From contig JANRJA010000026.1 in the NCBI GenBank assembly GCA_033764315.1, forward strand, positions 1 through 10,881: a stretch of 10,881 nucleotides of DNA, written 5' to 3'. The position numbers and the translations under genes were made by a program. Below, in pieces: positions 1-7,685 of the stretch (positions are counted from its first letter, which is position 1; the number at the start of each line of letters is the position of its first letter). Below the pieces are notes generated by a model. It was given only the letters and a program-made list of their open reading frames with translations, did not search any database and was not told where the DNA came from. Source of the DNA: Oculatellaceae cyanobacterium bins.114. Its GTDB lineage: Bacteria > Cyanobacteriota > Cyanobacteriia > Elainellales > Elainellaceae.

Positions 1-76
1 GCTTCACACTCTCTGGGGTTTTGTCCCAGTCCGTTTGGCTGATCTCACTGATGGAGTTGGGCGAGTTCTCTTCCAT
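1..76 (-). CDS. N-terminus of IS66-family transposase (partial, runs off window)
   Basis: ATG at 76 gives MEENSPNSISEISQTDWDKTPESVK.... The DW.KTP.SVK segment resembles N-termini of cyanobacterial IS66 transposases (recognised from memory). It lies 64 nt inside the GTAA terminus. Confidence 0.7.
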   Translation of the reverse strand, partial: MEENSPNSISEISQTDWDKTPESVK

Positions 77-140
77 CCTGTTAGCCTAACAGCACCTTGC
101 CATTTTCTCAATTCCTTGCTTCAACCCCTTGAACGATTAC
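1..140 (-). mobile_element. Left end of an IS66-family (probably ISBst12-group, single-ORF) insertion sequence, continuing beyond the window edge
   Basis: On the minus strand, GTAATCGTTCAAGGGG begins at 140; GTAA..GTTCA is the typical IS66 terminus. It starts exactly where the Cache/HAMP ORF stops abruptly and supplies that ORF's TAA. A transposase-like ORF start follows. Confidence 0.8.
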
Positions 141-1360
141 CCAATTTCATCGATCCGTTCTAGTTCAACCACTTTTTCCCACCGACCTCTGGCGATCTCT
201 TGCGCGGTTGAGTTGAGTTGCAATAAAGGACGGGTCAGCCATTGAGTCGTGAGTAGCCCAATCACAATCGCACCTAACAAAGCAATGACACACGATAAAA
301 GAGTCAATTGGGTATTCTCATGGATTTGCTCCATAAAGTCACTCTCAGGAATCACCAACACCACAATCCAATCCAGCCCATGTTCATCTTGAAAGCGCAC
401 GGTTTCCAGGAATTGTTGTTTGTTGTTTAACATGAACCCTGCTTGAGAGGTTTGAATCTGACTAAACCCACCAAAGCGATCGCTTAAATAGTGAGTTGCC
501 CCTCGAATTAGAGGATTGCTGCTCTGACTACCCGCTAGTAATTCGGTGTCTTCACCACTGCCAACTGTAATGGGCTCAGGTGTGGAACTGGCAATCAGCG
601 AGCCGTCAGGTTGCGCAATGAAAGCAATTCCAGAACGACCAATTTTCAACGTTCTCAAAAACCCATTTAATTCCTCAGATAAAATAATATCGGTCGCACA
701 AACCCCCAATAACTGACCATCGCCACTGCTATATACAGGAACAGCCGCTGTAATCGTAGGCAACATGACATCAAAATCAAGATATACATCACTCCAGGTT
801 GGCCTGCCACTTGCCTGTGCCGCGCGATACCAGGGACGCAAACGAGGATCATAGCGGCGGTTGCCTTTGCTGCGCAGCAAACCACGCTGACCTGTGGAAT
901 CAATGTCGTAATAGCGAAAATGATAATCAGTCGCGGCGTTAGAGGTCTGCACAATCAACGTATCGCCAATGCCTCCATCCGATCGCCCCACGCCTAAAAA
1001 TGCACCGTTCCGTTCGCTGCCACAATAAATCAAGTTAGTAGAAGGAAAGACCTTTGCCTGTTGCCAAAACTGATATTCTCCCTTACCCGTTAAAATATCC
1101 AAATCATTTCGCAACAGCAAGTTGGCGTTGAGTTGGTTAATCACATGAGGCCGCTCAACCGTCGCTTCCAGTTGTTGCAGGATGCGAGCGGTGAGTTCTT
1201 GGCGCAATTGAGAGGCAAGATCATTGACAGCGGCTTGCCCATTTTTAAAGGAGAGGTAGCCAACCACTCCAACAACAGCTACTAGTTGTAGTACAAAAGG
1301 AACTGTCAGAACCGTCTGCAATGAGAGTCGATTCAAAAACTTAAAACATTGAAACCGCAT
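137..1360 (-). pseudogene. dCache_1 + HAMP transmembrane sensor (kinase/cyclase/phosphatase-type), C-terminally truncated by IS insertion
   Basis: TM1 (VLTVPFVLQLVAVVGVVGYLSF), periplasmic dCache_1 (YDPRLRPWY, WSDVY, GIAFI..DGSLIASS, DWIVVLVIPESDFM) and TM2 are present. HAMP starts (TRPLLQLNSTAQEIARGRW...RIDEIG) but stops mid-domain, before the usual 'LA.SFN.M' helix. No output domain is present. Confidence 0.88.
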
Positions 1361-1489
1361 CGCTCAGTCGCATCACTTCAGTGGAGTACTACCCATATAG
1401 TTCCCGTTTCTGAGAGGTGATAAATGGAATTGGGCGATCGCAGGTTAACTATTTTGAGAGATTTGAGAAATCTGCTTGGATTGCGAATC

Positions 1490-2797
1490 TTAGTGTTCTA
1501 ATTCAGCGATCGCCTTGGGCACTCCCTCCGTCAAAACCTCATGTCCGGCAGAGGTGACTAACACGTCATCTTCGATGCGAATGCCAATCCCACGCCAACG
1601 CGGATCAACTTCTGGCTGTCCCTCGACAGGTTTGATATCTGGAGCAATATAGATGCCAGGTTCAACCGTGGTGATCTGACCAGGCTCTAACGTATGGGCT
1701 GTCTCACCGTGTTGATACACCCCCACATCATGCACATCTAGCCCTAACCAGTGCCCCGTTTTGTGCATGTAAAAGGGCTTGTATTTTTCTTCTTTGATGA
1801 TCTCCTCAATGTCACCCTGCAACAACTTTAAATCCAACAATCCTTCAACAATGACTCGCACTGCCGTGTCGTGAATTTGGTTATAGGGGTTGCCAGGATG
1901 CACTTGGGCGATCGCCTGCAATTGCGCTTCTAAGACGATTTCGTAGAGGGCTTTTTGCTCAGGAGTAAACTGACCACTCACCGGAAAGGTGCGGGTGATA
2001 TCAGAGTTGTAATAGCCATAGGCACATCCAGCATCGATCAGCAGCAACTCATCCGCTTGCATCTGTCGAGTATTTTCGGTGTAGTGCAAAATGCAAGCAT
2101 TCGCACCAGACGCCACAATGGAGGGATAGGCAGGCCCCGCCGCCCCTCGCAGACGAAAAGTATGTTCAATTTCTGCTTGTACCTCATACTCATATCGCCC
2201 CGGTTGAGCAAAAGCACGGGCTCGCTCATGAGCATCAATGGCGATCGCCGCTGCTGTTCGCATTAGCTCTATTTCACTGGCACTTTTGAGCTGACGCATC
2301 GAGTGCAGCGTTGGAGCGGGATCTTCTAAAGCGATCGGACCTGTTCCCCGTTTGGGATAGGTTCTCATCAACTGCTGCCACTGATTCAAAATGGTGTCGT
2401 TAAATGAGCGATCGCGCCCCAACCGATAATAGATGCGATCGGCTTTTTCTAAATATTGCGGCAGCTTCTCCTGCAACTCTTCAATCGGGTAGACCACATC
2501 TGCCCCAAACTGCTCTTTTGCCGCCTCGACCCCGACTCGATACCCTGTCCAGGTTTCCCGTTCAGGATCTTTAGGCTGCACAAATAAAATAAACCGATGC
2601 TCCTCGTGATGAGGAGCCAATACGGCCACGGCACTGGGTTCGTTAAACCCCGTCAAATAGAAAAAGTCGCTGTCTTGCCGAAAGTTATACTCAACATCGT
2701 TGTGCATGACGGCCATCGGTGCACTGCGAAATATGGCGGTGCCTTTGCCAATTTTTGTCATGAGGGTTTCACGACGTTGAGCATACTCGGTTTGCAT
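1490..2797 (-). CDS. pepP: Xaa-Pro aminopeptidase (aminopeptidase P, M24B)
   Basis: AMP_N motif FRQDSDFFYLTG. Catalytic motifs LLIDAG..YNSDITRT, HWLGLDVHD, TVEPGIY and GIRIEDDVLVT. Confidence 0.96.
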   Translation of the reverse strand: MQTEYAQRRETLMTKIGKGTAIFRSAPMAVMHNDVEYNFRQDSDFFYLTGFNEPSAVAVLAPHHEEHRFILFVQPKDPERETWTGYRVGVEAAKEQFGADVVYPIEELQEKLPQYLEKADRIYYRLGRDRSFNDTILNQWQQLMRTYPKRGTGPIALEDPAPTLHSMRQLKSASEIELMRTAAAIAIDAHERARAFAQPGRYEYEVQAEIEHTFRLRGAAGPAYPSIVASGANACILHYTENTRQMQADELLLIDAGCAYGYYNSDITRTFPVSGQFTPEQKALYEIVLEAQLQAIAQVHPGNPYNQIHDTAVRVIVEGLLDLKLLQGDIEEIIKEEKYKPFYMHKTGHWLGLDVHDVGVYQHGETAHTLEPGQITTVEPGIYIAPDIKPVEGQPEVDPRWRGIGIRIEDDVLVTSAGHEVLTEGVPKAIAELEH

Positions 2798-2868
2798 AGT
2801 GCAGCTAAGAATTCAAGTCAAAGGATAGATAGGCACAATACCAATTCCCTAAAGTAGTCTTACAGATA

Positions 2869-2915
2869 TCCCCTGTGACTAGGCTCAGGGGACGCTGACT
2901 GAGCGCAGTCGCAGG
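2869..2915. repeat. REP/small-dispersed-repeat-like inverted pair
   Basis: CCTGTGACTAGGCTCAG (2872-2888) and CTGAGCGCAGTCGCAGG (2899-2915) are complementary at 14/17 positions. Each half also forms its own hairpin (TCCCCTG..CAGGGGA; GACTG-AGCG-CAGTC). Confidence 0.55.
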
Positions 2916-3025
2916 CAGCCTGATCAGTAGCTCCAATTTGGAGAATTGGTATAACTCCTTAACAGAAACAGAGATAGCAGTCGAAACAACTGCAAACCTG
3001 ATTCACCAAGGTCTTAAGCCTTACC

Positions 3026-3796
3026 TTAAAACCTGTAGCTAAAAATTTCAATCTTTACACCCGTCTCAGGCAAATCAGATCGACGGAATGACACCGAATC
3101 TCCATTGCGCCGCACAGGGGCTTCTGGCATGAGTGCTAAAAATTCATCCAATGCTCCAATATCGCAAGCGTTAGCATCTGCCGCCTGAGTTCGATAATGC
3201 GTGGGAATGACAATTCTAGGATTTAACGCTTGAATGGCTTGTTTGGCTTCTTGAGGCGTGTAGGCTTTAGCACCCCCCCCAACAGGAACCAACAACACAT
3301 CTGGGCGACCCATGAGAATTTGTTGCTCCACTGAAATTGGGGAGGCTGCCCCCCCTAAATGCAGAATGGTCAACCCTGACTGAGTCCAACGCCACGCCAC
3401 ATTTTGCCCAAATCGGCGACCTCCGAGGCGATCGTGCTCCATCCGGATGCCCTGGATTTGCAGGCCCCGGTATGCGTAGACCCCTGGTTCAGCCAACACT
3501 CTAGGGTTACCTGGCAAACCCTCGGTGACGCCTTCATCAAACAATCGGCTACTGATCATTACCAACTCTGCCTCGGTTCGGGGAGTCCGGTAGCCAGCGG
3601 TACACCCAATCGCGCGAAACGGATTAACGAGAATGCGACGTCCATCGCCAGAAAACAAGAAACAAGTGTGCCCCAGCCATTGAACCGAAACCGAACCACC
3701 ACTCTGAGCCTGGGCAGTTTGCAGGGCAACAGTGCCTAACCCTGCGGTTGTTAGTAAACTTGCCCCAGCATATTGAATAAACTGTCGTCGCTTCAT
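3026..3796 (-). CDS. Tat-exported MBL-fold (beta-lactamase superfamily) protein
   Basis: Twin-arginine signal MKRRQFIQY followed by a hydrophobic stretch and AQA cleavage site. Fold motifs WLGHTCFL, HLGG, DVLLVPVGG and P.IVIPTHY. Confidence 0.88.
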   Translation of the reverse strand: MKRRQFIQYAGASLLTTAGLGTVALQTAQAQSGGSVSVQWLGHTCFLFSGDGRRILVNPFRAIGCTAGYRTPRTEAELVMISSRLFDEGVTEGLPGNPRVLAEPGVYAYRGLQIQGIRMEHDRLGGRRFGQNVAWRWTQSGLTILHLGGAASPISVEQQILMGRPDVLLVPVGGGAKAYTPQEAKQAIQALNPRIVIPTHYRTQAADANACDIGALDEFLALMPEAPVRRNGDSVSFRRSDLPETGVKIEIFSYRF

Positions 3797-3991
3797 AATC
3801 TCCTCAACCGCAACTCACAAATCAAACAACGACGTCTCCAAGAGTCTCAAGTTCCTGGAGTAAGCGGTGACTGACCACAGGGAGGGCACCCGCATCAGAC
3901 CTCATCCAGTTGCCAAAGAAACAAATCCGACCGTTGATGAATTTGCAATTCTTAGCTTACAGCGATTTCAGCAACACGTTAACCGAACCTA

Positions 3992-4606
3992 TTAACTGAC
4001 AGATGCCAGGGTGCGATCGCCAATCGTCAACAAAAAGTTTTTGAGTAATGCCTTTCCTGCATTCGTGAAGATGCTTTCAGGATGGAATTGCACCCCTTGC
4101 ACTTGAGGATAGTCGCGATGGCGCACTGCCATAATCGTGCCATCGTCTACCCAAGCTGTAATTTCGAGCACCTCTGGGCAGGTCTGGCGATCGATCACAA
4201 GGCTGTGATAGCGAGTTGCCGTAAAGGGATTATCGATTCCCTCAAAAACTCCCTTGCCCGTGTGGTGAATCTCAGAAGTTTTACCGTGCATCAATTCTGG
4301 AGCCGAGGTAATGTTGCCGCCAAACACATACCCAATACCCTGATGCCCTAGACATACCCCAAGAATCGGGGTTGTTGAGCCAAGGGAGTGAATCACGGCT
4401 GTAGAGATGCCTGCCTCTTCTGGGCGACCTGGCCCTGGTGAGATGACGATGCCATCAGGTTGCATCTGCCGGATCTCATCTAACGAAATTTGGTCGTTGC
4501 GATAAACCCGAATATCGGCGGCAATGGGCATCTCACGCCCCAATTCCCCTAGATATTGCACCAGGTTATAGGTAAAGCTGTCGTAATTATCAATAACGAG
4601 AATCAT
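3992..4606 (-). CDS. trpG: Anthranilate/aminodeoxychorismate synthase component II (class I glutamine amidotransferase)
   Basis: MILVIDNYDSFTYNLVQY, ISPGPG, LGVCLGHQ (catalytic Cys), RYHSL and QFHPES. A pabA role cannot be excluded. Confidence 0.95.
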   Translation of the reverse strand: MILVIDNYDSFTYNLVQYLGELGREMPIAADIRVYRNDQISLDEIRQMQPDGIVISPGPGRPEEAGISTAVIHSLGSTTPILGVCLGHQGIGYVFGGNITSAPELMHGKTSEIHHTGKGVFEGIDNPFTATRYHSLVIDRQTCPEVLEITAWVDDGTIMAVRHRDYPQVQGVQFHPESIFTNAGKALLKNFLLTIGDRTLASVS

Positions 4607-4618
4607 AATCCCTCAAGC

Positions 4619-5077
4619 TTATACGCCAAAATGCGCTCTCAACACTGTGATCAAAGGAGGCAGCAACAGCGAACCTGCTACTAACACGGCTGCTAAGGCA
4701 GAGATGAGAACCGCGCCTGCTGCACAGTCTTTGGCGATTTTAGCAAGTTCGTGATACGTCTGTTTAACGGTTAAATCGACAACTGATTCGAGGGCAGTAT
4801 TCAGCAACTCCATCGTCAGAACAGCACCGACGGTCAAGCCAATAATGGCAATTTCAACGCGAGTCAAGTTTAGAAAAACACCAAGGGCGATCGCCATCGT
4901 TCCCACGATCACATGAATCCGAAAATTTCGTTGGGTTTGAAACGCGTATTGAACCCCTGCCCAGGCATATTTGAAGCTGATAAAAAGGCTGGTTGCCACT
5001 CGCCACGCATACTCACGGTTTGGTTGCAGCAGCTTAGTCGGGCGCGGAGGGGTCTCTGTTGAGAGTTCTGGAGGCAT
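4619..5077 (-). CDS. dgkA: Diacylglycerol/undecaprenol kinase (DgkA family)
   Basis: SFKYAWAG...QRNFRIH, ELLNTALESVVDL and AKIAKDCAAGAVL, with three hydrophobic helices. The ATG at 5077 (152 aa) is preferred over the longer ORF start at 5140. Confidence 0.92.
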   Translation of the reverse strand: MPPELSTETPPRPTKLLQPNREYAWRVATSLFISFKYAWAGVQYAFQTQRNFRIHVIVGTMAIALGVFLNLTRVEIAIIGLTVGAVLTMELLNTALESVVDLTVKQTYHELAKIAKDCAAGAVLISALAAVLVAGSLLLPPLITVLRAHFGV

Positions 5078-5297
5078 AGCCAAAGCAATGTGGAGAGTAA
5101 TAATGACATCGCAACAAGCATCTAAAGACCTGCTAATCACTTTTTAGCCAATTCAAAAGTGAGGCAGAGACTCTAAAGGGAAAATGCTGATAAAACGGCA
5201 CGAGCTAACCTATGGTACAACCAACATTGCCAAGATTATTTTTTTTGCATCATATTTCTGGCAAATTTCCGTATTGATTAGATGAAGTTGCCCTATC

Positions 5298-5804
5298 TTA
5301 CTCACTTCCTAAGCCAACTGTCTCCAGTAAAACCGCTTGTTGGTGCAACATTTGCGCCAAACTATCATCGTCGGGGTGATCCCACCCCAGCAGATGCAGC
5401 AATCCATGAGCGGCTAACCACGCCAGTTCTTGGTTAAGCGAGTGCTGCTGAGCGATCGCCTGTTGCTGAGCGGTCTCGACCGAGATCACAATGTCCCCTA
5501 AATAAAGGGGCGCAGTCTCCAACTCATCCAGCTCTGGATAGTCCGTCTCAAGGGCTGCAAACGCCAACACATCCGTGGGTTGGTCGATCTGACGATATTG
5601 AGCGTTAAAGGTTTGAATCTCAGCATCATTTGTCAAACGCAGGCTCAGTTCATATTGGTTATGCGCTACCAGGTTGGGCTTTAGGTGATTGAGCCATATC
5701 TGGAACCACTCTTGCCAAGTGGCGATCGCAATCGGAGGTTGGGCGTCTTCAAAAAAATAGTCTTGTATATTAATCTCAGCCTGGACAGCGGTTTCTAGAG
5801 TCAT
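5298..5804 (-). CDS. ybeY: rRNA maturation endoribonuclease YbeY
   Basis: N.QYRQIDQPTDVLAF, LGDIVIS and the zinc motif HGLLHLLGWDH. Confidence 0.96.
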   Translation of the reverse strand: MTLETAVQAEINIQDYFFEDAQPPIAIATWQEWFQIWLNHLKPNLVAHNQYELSLRLTNDAEIQTFNAQYRQIDQPTDVLAFAALETDYPELDELETAPLYLGDIVISVETAQQQAIAQQHSLNQELAWLAAHGLLHLLGWDHPDDDSLAQMLHQQAVLLETVGLGSE

Positions 5805-5916
5805 ATTGATGGTTTAACCGATGGATAAAGGCTGTAAAGCAGAAAACAGATGACCAAAAGCACCTGAACAGGTGACTAAACAATTGACCACTAGCCATTG
5901 ACGATTCCATTGCTTA

Positions 5917-6036
5917 GTACTGCTTTTCACAGATAGGGTTTGGAAATAAAACCAAGGGGGTGTGGGGGCTGCGCCCCCAGCCAGAGGTTTCACCCCTGCA
6001 CCCCCAATTCTCACCCCTATTTACGACGAGTTGTAC
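5917..6036. mobile_element. ~120-bp MITE-like element with imperfect terminal inverted repeats and an internal GC-rich three-way junction
   Basis: Left end AGTACTGCTTTTCACAGATAGGG matches the reverse complement of the right end, AGTACAACTCGTCGTAAATAGGG, at 16/23. It is flanked by direct repeats TTA (5914-5916, 6037-6039), or alternatively CTTAG (5913-5917, 6036-6040). The core at 5956-6005 is palindromic. Confidence 0.7.
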
Positions 6037-6306
6037 TTAGCGAGTCAAATAGGCTAGACCCACCAAAACCCCTAACAACCCTAAGGTCGTGAGAGTGAAG
6101 TGGTAAATAGATGTGCCTCGTTTGCGAACCATATTCCGCATTGCCAGTTTGACATAGCTGGGTTGTGGCTCAGTCGCGAGTGGAGGGTCAACTATCACAG
6201 CTTCTGGGCTTTCGGGATGGGGTTGGGATTCAGTAGGGGCAGGAGCTTCGCCTTCTACACCCTCAAAGCTTTCAATAGATTGAGATTCAGGGGGTTGAGT
6301 GCTCAT
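6037..6306 (-). CDS. Small membrane protein, DUF3285-like
   Basis: Conserved C-terminal PSYVKLAMRNMVRK.G.S..HF.LTT.GLLG.LVGLAYLTR after an acidic Pro-rich N-terminus. It sits between prfB and ybeY, as usual in cyanobacteria. Confidence 0.85.
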   Translation of the reverse strand: MSTQPPESQSIESFEGVEGEAPAPTESQPHPESPEAVIVDPPLATEPQPSYVKLAMRNMVRKRGTSIYHFTLTTLGLLGVLVGLAYLTR

Positions 6307-6326
6307 AAGTTATCTAATTCACGATA

Positions 6327-7452
6327 CTAAACACTCGCCGTTTCAACGAGTTGATTTTCCTGCCGCAGATAGGACTGGATAAAAGGATCGAGATCACCAT
6401 CCATTACGTCGGCGATCGCCGTGGTCTCAATGTTGGTGCGCAGGTCTTTGACCAACTGATAGGGGTGAAACACATAGTTTCGGATCTGGTTTCCCCAGGC
6501 TGCCTCTACCATATCGCCCCGAATGTCAGCGATTTCTTTAGCCCGCTGTTCCTGAGCAATAATCAACAGTTTAGCTTTAAGAATAGCGAGTGCTTTTTCT
6601 TTGTTTTGTAACTGCGATCGCTCTTGAGTACATCGCACTGCCAACCCTGTTGGCAAATGAACGATTCGCACTGCCGTTTCTACCTTGTTGACGTTTTGCC
6701 CACCTTTCCCACCAGCACGGGTAGTTGTAATTTCCAGATCCTTCTCTGGAATGTTTAACTCCACCGACTTATCTAGAATAGGCATCACCTCTACACCCGC
6801 AAAACTCGTCTGTCGCTTGCCATTGGCGTTAAATGGAGAGATTCGGACTAGCCGATGGGTTCCCTTCTCTGCTTTGAGATAGCCATAGGCATAACGCCCA
6901 TCAATTTCTAACGTGACAGATTTAACCCCTGCCTCATCTCCTTCTGAAATTTCGGCTAAATGTACTTTATAGCCGTGGCTTTCACCCCATCGCGTATACA
7001 TTCTTAGTAACATCTCTGCCCAATCTTGGGCGTCTGTTCCCCCTGCCCCAGCGTTAATCGTTAGCACTGCCCCATCCTGGTCATAAGGGCCGGATAACAA
7101 CTGCTGTAGCTCCCACTGGTCGAGTGCACGGCTCAGCTGGTTCAAATTGGTCTGAGCCTCCTGGAGTAAGGCTTCATCTGCTTCCATTTCTAAAAGCTCT
7201 AGAATGGCTCTCGCATCTTCGAGATTGTTTTGCCACTGCTTTAGCTGATCCAGGTGCGACTTCAGATCGTTCAACTCCTGCATCGTGCGTTGAGCGATCG
7301 CTTGGTCATCCCAAAACTGGGGTTGAGCCGCCACTTGTTCTAAATCTTCAATTTTGGCAGTCAGAGCAGGAACGTCAAAGATAGTCCTGGGTTTTACCCA
7401 GGCGCTCAGACAACAATTCGATATCGTGTTTGATATCTAACGCTTCAATCAT
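6327..7452 (-). CDS. prfB: Peptide chain release factor 2, translated by +1 programmed frameshift (join 7452..7378, 7376..6327; ~374 aa)
   Basis: Upstream [28 protein letters not shown] ends at CTT TGA C, and the +1 frame continues [25 protein letters not shown] and GGQ motifs are present ([17 protein letters not shown]). Confidence 0.97.
7374..7389 (-). other. prfB +1 ribosomal frameshift site
   Basis: The minus strand reads CAGGAC TAT CTT TGA C: the canonical CTT-TGA-C slippery site with a weak internal SD (AGGA) just upstream. Confidence 0.95.
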
Positions 7453-7598
7453 AGGGGAAACGACTCAATCAATGTATGGCTTCAGTACTGCATCTAATTT
7501 TAATACTGATTTTAATTGAAAGGTCAGACAGCAAAAGGCAAAGCGAAAAGGGTTAAATGATCTGTGACCCGTATGGGATGAATGGGTATAACGCAACC

Positions 7599-7643
7599 CA
7601 AAAAATCAAAAGACGCAAAGGGTCAACCTTTACGCCTTTTGAT
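7599..7643 (-). terminator. Rho-independent terminator of the fasciclin gene
   Basis: Minus strand ATCAAAAGGCGTAAAGG-TTGAC-CCTTTGCGTCTTTTGAT is a 17-bp stem. Its two non-Watson-Crick positions are G-U pairs only on this strand. It is followed by TTTTT and lies ~40 nt after the stop. Confidence 0.8.
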
Positions 7644-7685
7644 CTAGGCTAGCCATCTCTTAATAGCGATCGCCTTAGAAAGGTG

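Noticed and set aside
1-140. Group II intron as the cause of the sensor truncation
   Set aside because: The junction reads GTAATCG rather than GTGYG and is followed within 64 nt by an IS66-like ORF start.
5078-5140. 21-codon N-terminal extension of dgkA in the ORF track
   Set aside because: The start is non-ATG and the extension is not family-like; the ATG at 5077 gives a typical length.
5814-6014. 66-aa minus-strand ORF (MRIGGAGVKPLAGGAAPTPP...)
   Set aside because: It starts inside the MITE, and its N-terminus is just the translation of the GC-rich palindrome.
7332-7334. GTG start for a 335-aa PrfB, or prfB as a pseudogene
   Set aside because: The canonical CTT-TGA-C programmed frameshift explains it; the real start is at 7452.
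667-7384. Other short ORFs antisense or out of frame within real genes (667, 1955, 2038, 2449, 2597, 3404, 4082, 4909, 6100, 6351, 6685, 7124)
   Set aside because: They largely overlap well-supported genes and show no recognisable motifs.
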